Assembly (NCBI RefSeq): GCF_009914755.1
Contig: NC_060928.1
Source of the DNA: the human T2T-CHM13v2.0 reference genome, Homo sapiens
DNA: 64,000 bases
Reading direction: 5' to 3' (one strand)
Every line of letters begins with the position of its first letter. Position 1 is the first letter of the stretch. The position numbers and the translations under genes were made by a program. Of this stretch, positions 60,556 to 64,000 are shown piece by piece. The notes beneath the pieces were generated by a model. It worked only from the letters and a program-made list of their open reading frames with translations, did not search any database and had not been told where the DNA came from.

Positions 60556-62071
60556 TAAAATAAATTCCAACACTGTAATTTACAAAGGCGAACTAAGAAA
60601 ATATCTAGCTGTTTTTTTAAAAAAATGTTTGATCTGTACTAGATGAATGCCATTTAGGATGTAAGATCAAAAACAGTGGATGTGCATATGGTGCTTCTTA
60701 TGGGTATTGGGAGGAGGGCTACCACTGAATGAGTTTGCACTCCCTCAGGGCACTGTGTGACGCTCTGGATATGGCACTGAATGAACTGTTTGGGGCATAG
60801 CTCAATGATCACTAAACTATCAAGCCACATACAATCTTCTTATCCCCAACTTGGTCAGCTAAAATTTTTAGACAACTACCTTGTACAGATAGAGACGTTG
60901 GTTTTCCCCTGTGGAAGCCTGTCTCAAACATTCATTCTTGGTGCTCCTAACAGGATCCTTTTGTACCAGAAAATGAGTACTGTCTCTGGTTCTGTAACAT
61001 CACTCATATCTCTAATGTTAAAATGTGCTAGAACTGCAGCCACCTGTCTGCTAGAGCACGAGAAAAGCCCAAGACAGAGAGGTGGCAGGTACTCAAAAAT
61101 GTATCTGAAGCTAGGATTGCAGCAGTAATTGTCTTTCCTGTAACAATGAACAGAAAGGTGTGGATAGCAAAGGCAAGGACGACCTGGGAAGGAAGCAGCA
61201 GTGAGTGGTTACAGATCAAACACTACCCAGAATTCCTCTCATACTTTTCAAAATGTATTTTTATTCCACCTGGTATATTTCAGTGATGTTCTGGGGAAGC
61301 TTATCTGAATTGGATAGGTGGGTCCCTCAACTATGCAATCTATGTTTTGGAATGGTCATCCATCTTTTTTAAAATTATTATTTCATCAGAGATAAGGTGG
61401 GAAGGAGCAAAAATCAAGCAAAGACCTTTAAAGGTCTTGAATGTAAGACATAAAGATGTCAGTGGAATTTGGCAAGTGCAAGACTTTGGCAATATCTAGG
61501 CATCTATAGGCATATGGGCCACATTATGTCATACATGTTCTATTGATGCAGATTTCAAGATAAATGGGTGTCCTACCTGAGAATGTGGCTATACCACTGG
61601 AAGTGTAGGTGGCATCAACTCACATGTTTGTGCATATCAAGACAGAAGGTGCAGAACATCTCTCTGCTGGCTATCATTTCTTATATCAGAGGTAAATGAC
61701 AGAAATTTAAATATTTTTTGTTCTCCAATCATAAATAAATTTAGCATTAGGTGACATGGAATTTTATTTTATAGTTGTGTGTTCTATTTATCTACCAGCT
61801 TTCAGATGCCAGGTCTAGTATGTTTGCTGTTCCTCACTGGTTAAGAAACTGCCCCTAGATATGTACAGTAAATCTGTTCAAATTACAACATATTCTGTGA
61901 AAACTAAATAGAAAAAAAGCAGATGGGGGAAATAGTACAATTTTAAAAGGTATTTTAGATTCCTTAAAATTTCATCCAATTTATGTTGCTTTAATTTCTT
62001 ATTTCTGTTAAATGAGTAGTAGCCTTACATCACCACTTTATAATACTCAGGCTTTAAAGTTTAACAGTATT

Positions 62072-62395
<324 letters not shown>

Positions 62396-62714
62396 CTAAA
62401 ATCCTATTATCAAGTACAAAAGGAGACTAAATAATGTGCCTTTCCATAGCCTGCAAATAAATAACCCATTTATTCGTGCAATTAAGCAATGATTGTCAGT
62501 TTTTAAAACTCTAATTATCCTTGTGTATGGCTTGAGATGCCATGTTTATTGCTACTTTTCAGGTTTTTCTATAAACTTTTGTTTTGGATTTCAATTATAA
62601 ACTAACAATTGAAAATGTGGGTTGCCTGTTAATTTTGGGCTGTAATGCAGAACATTGTTCAAGACTATTTGTCACTTGACCATTATTGATATTCCGGCCC
62701 TTGAATCCTCTTAC

Positions 62715-62890
62715 CAGTCAGCCCAAATGCTCTTATTAGTTCCAAGTAGGAGTACATCTTGTTATTATCAGCATCAAATAGCTCCAGTTGTTCTTGTTGG
62801 GGTGTCTCTGCTCCTAGAGGGCTCTGGATTTCACTGTAAGTTAAATAACCATTTGCTTTGTTGTCAGCCCATAGAAAAAGACTTGAAGGT
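62715..62890 (-). pseudogene. Candidate exon of an unannotated or decayed gene encoding an EF-hand pair
   Basis: Acceptor cttttttattttcatag| and donor CTG|gtaaga. Open frame PSSLFLWADNKANGYLTYSEIQSPLGAETPQQEQLELFDADNNKMYSYLELIRAFGLT. Confidence 0.5.
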
Positions 62891-64000
62891 CTATGAAAAT
62901 AAAAAAGTTTGGTATATTTCAACTCAAATTTTCAATGTTAACCCAAACATCTACACCTTTCAGAACAGCATTTTGTCCTCCTGGGGCTGGTCTTCTTTCC
63001 GGTCCTCAAACATACCTAGATCATTTTTTGCTTCCACCTTGGCTTTCATTGCACATCACTTTACCACTTCAGTTGCTCCTTTCCTTTCTTTCAACATCCA
63101 GTTTACCTCTTTTCTTCATTCTACTTGAACTATCTGATCATTTACTTTAATAATTTTTCTTCTGTGATCTGTATCCTCATGATGTTTTATATCTAATCTA
63201 GTGTTTTCATTTTCTGTTTGCCTCATTCCTTAACATAAGCACTGTAATGGAATATTCTTCTTCACTGGTAGTCTAGTTTTTGATATATTCATTGGATCTT
63301 CTTTCTCTCCTAAAACTGTTTAAAAACTTCCATCTGGCTACATTTTAATGGCCTTTTTATCACAGTCTTTGCAGTTCCCTTGTTTACATTCATTTGCTAC
63401 CTTCTGTCTAATATTTCTTAATATTACATCAAAAGATACCTACTTATTTGGCTAACAATTCTGAACATACTGATATCTCTTACACTCCTAAGTTAGTAAA
63501 ATTTATTAGTTTATACAAAATCATATGTTTCTTCATTTGTAACACCACCAAATAATATTCCTTTGTCAGTATTCTTATTATTCTCTTGATCTCATTGCTT
63601 TAAGTACTGCCTTTATTAAAACACAAACAAACATTGTTTTCTGTTTCCGAAGTGCCAGGCTCTGTACGTAATACTGGAAATGCAGGGATGAAGAAGCCAT
63701 AGTTTCTGACTTCCAGGGGACAAAACCAGCAAGTAAGCAGTTTCAATAAGCGAAGGAATATATATTGTAATATAGGTACAGACAATGTGCCATTGAAACA
63801 GAGGAAAGTGAGAGAAGTTTCCACCTGGGGATTGTTTCAGTTGAGTCAAAAAGAAAAAATAGAAGCTCACCAGGTAAAGAAATACATAGAGATAATTTTT
63901 GGAAGGCATGACCCTATGGTCAAAGGCATTGAGTTATGGAAGAGTGTGGTACATTGGGGAACTGCAGGTAGTTTGCTCTGATAGGAGTATACATGATGAA

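Noticed and set aside
62655-63128. 157-aa plus-strand ORF
   Set aside because: No domain signal. It is antisense to the EF-hand-like exon and runs into L2-like sequence.

Overview
Human genomic DNA containing the full coding region of UGT8 (UDP-galactose:ceramide galactosyltransferase, chr4q26) on the + strand. Five coding exons (1869-2690, 43309-43451, 44994-45070, 47399-47618, 55228-55591) splice with GT-AG junctions into 1626 nt, or 541 aa, followed by a ~2 kb 3'UTR. The upstream non-coding exon and promoter lie outside the window. The 40.6 kb intron hosts MIR577 and many transposon relics: Alu J/S/Y (including AluYb8), older L1M, THE1B, MLT1, MER47, MER85, a half MADE1, L2 and MIR. An AluYa5 and an L1PA8A-like element lie in the last intron, and an L1PA2/3-like 3' end sits just upstream of the first coding exon. 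The most notable unexplained signal is a minus-strand exon-like segment downstream of UGT8 (62715-62890) with strong splice sites that encodes a pair of EF-hand-like motifs, possibly a remnant of a lost gene converging on UGT8. Other notable signals are a 163-bp non-Alu inverted duplication with templated-insertion scars, a second 67-nt near-perfect hairpin, a MER85 (CSB-PGBD3 target class) in this myelin gene, and inverted L1/Alu pairs positioned to favour circRNAs. Most short ORFs in the track are repeat-derived or random. Repeat subfamily and variant calls rely on recalled consensus sequences, not on searches.
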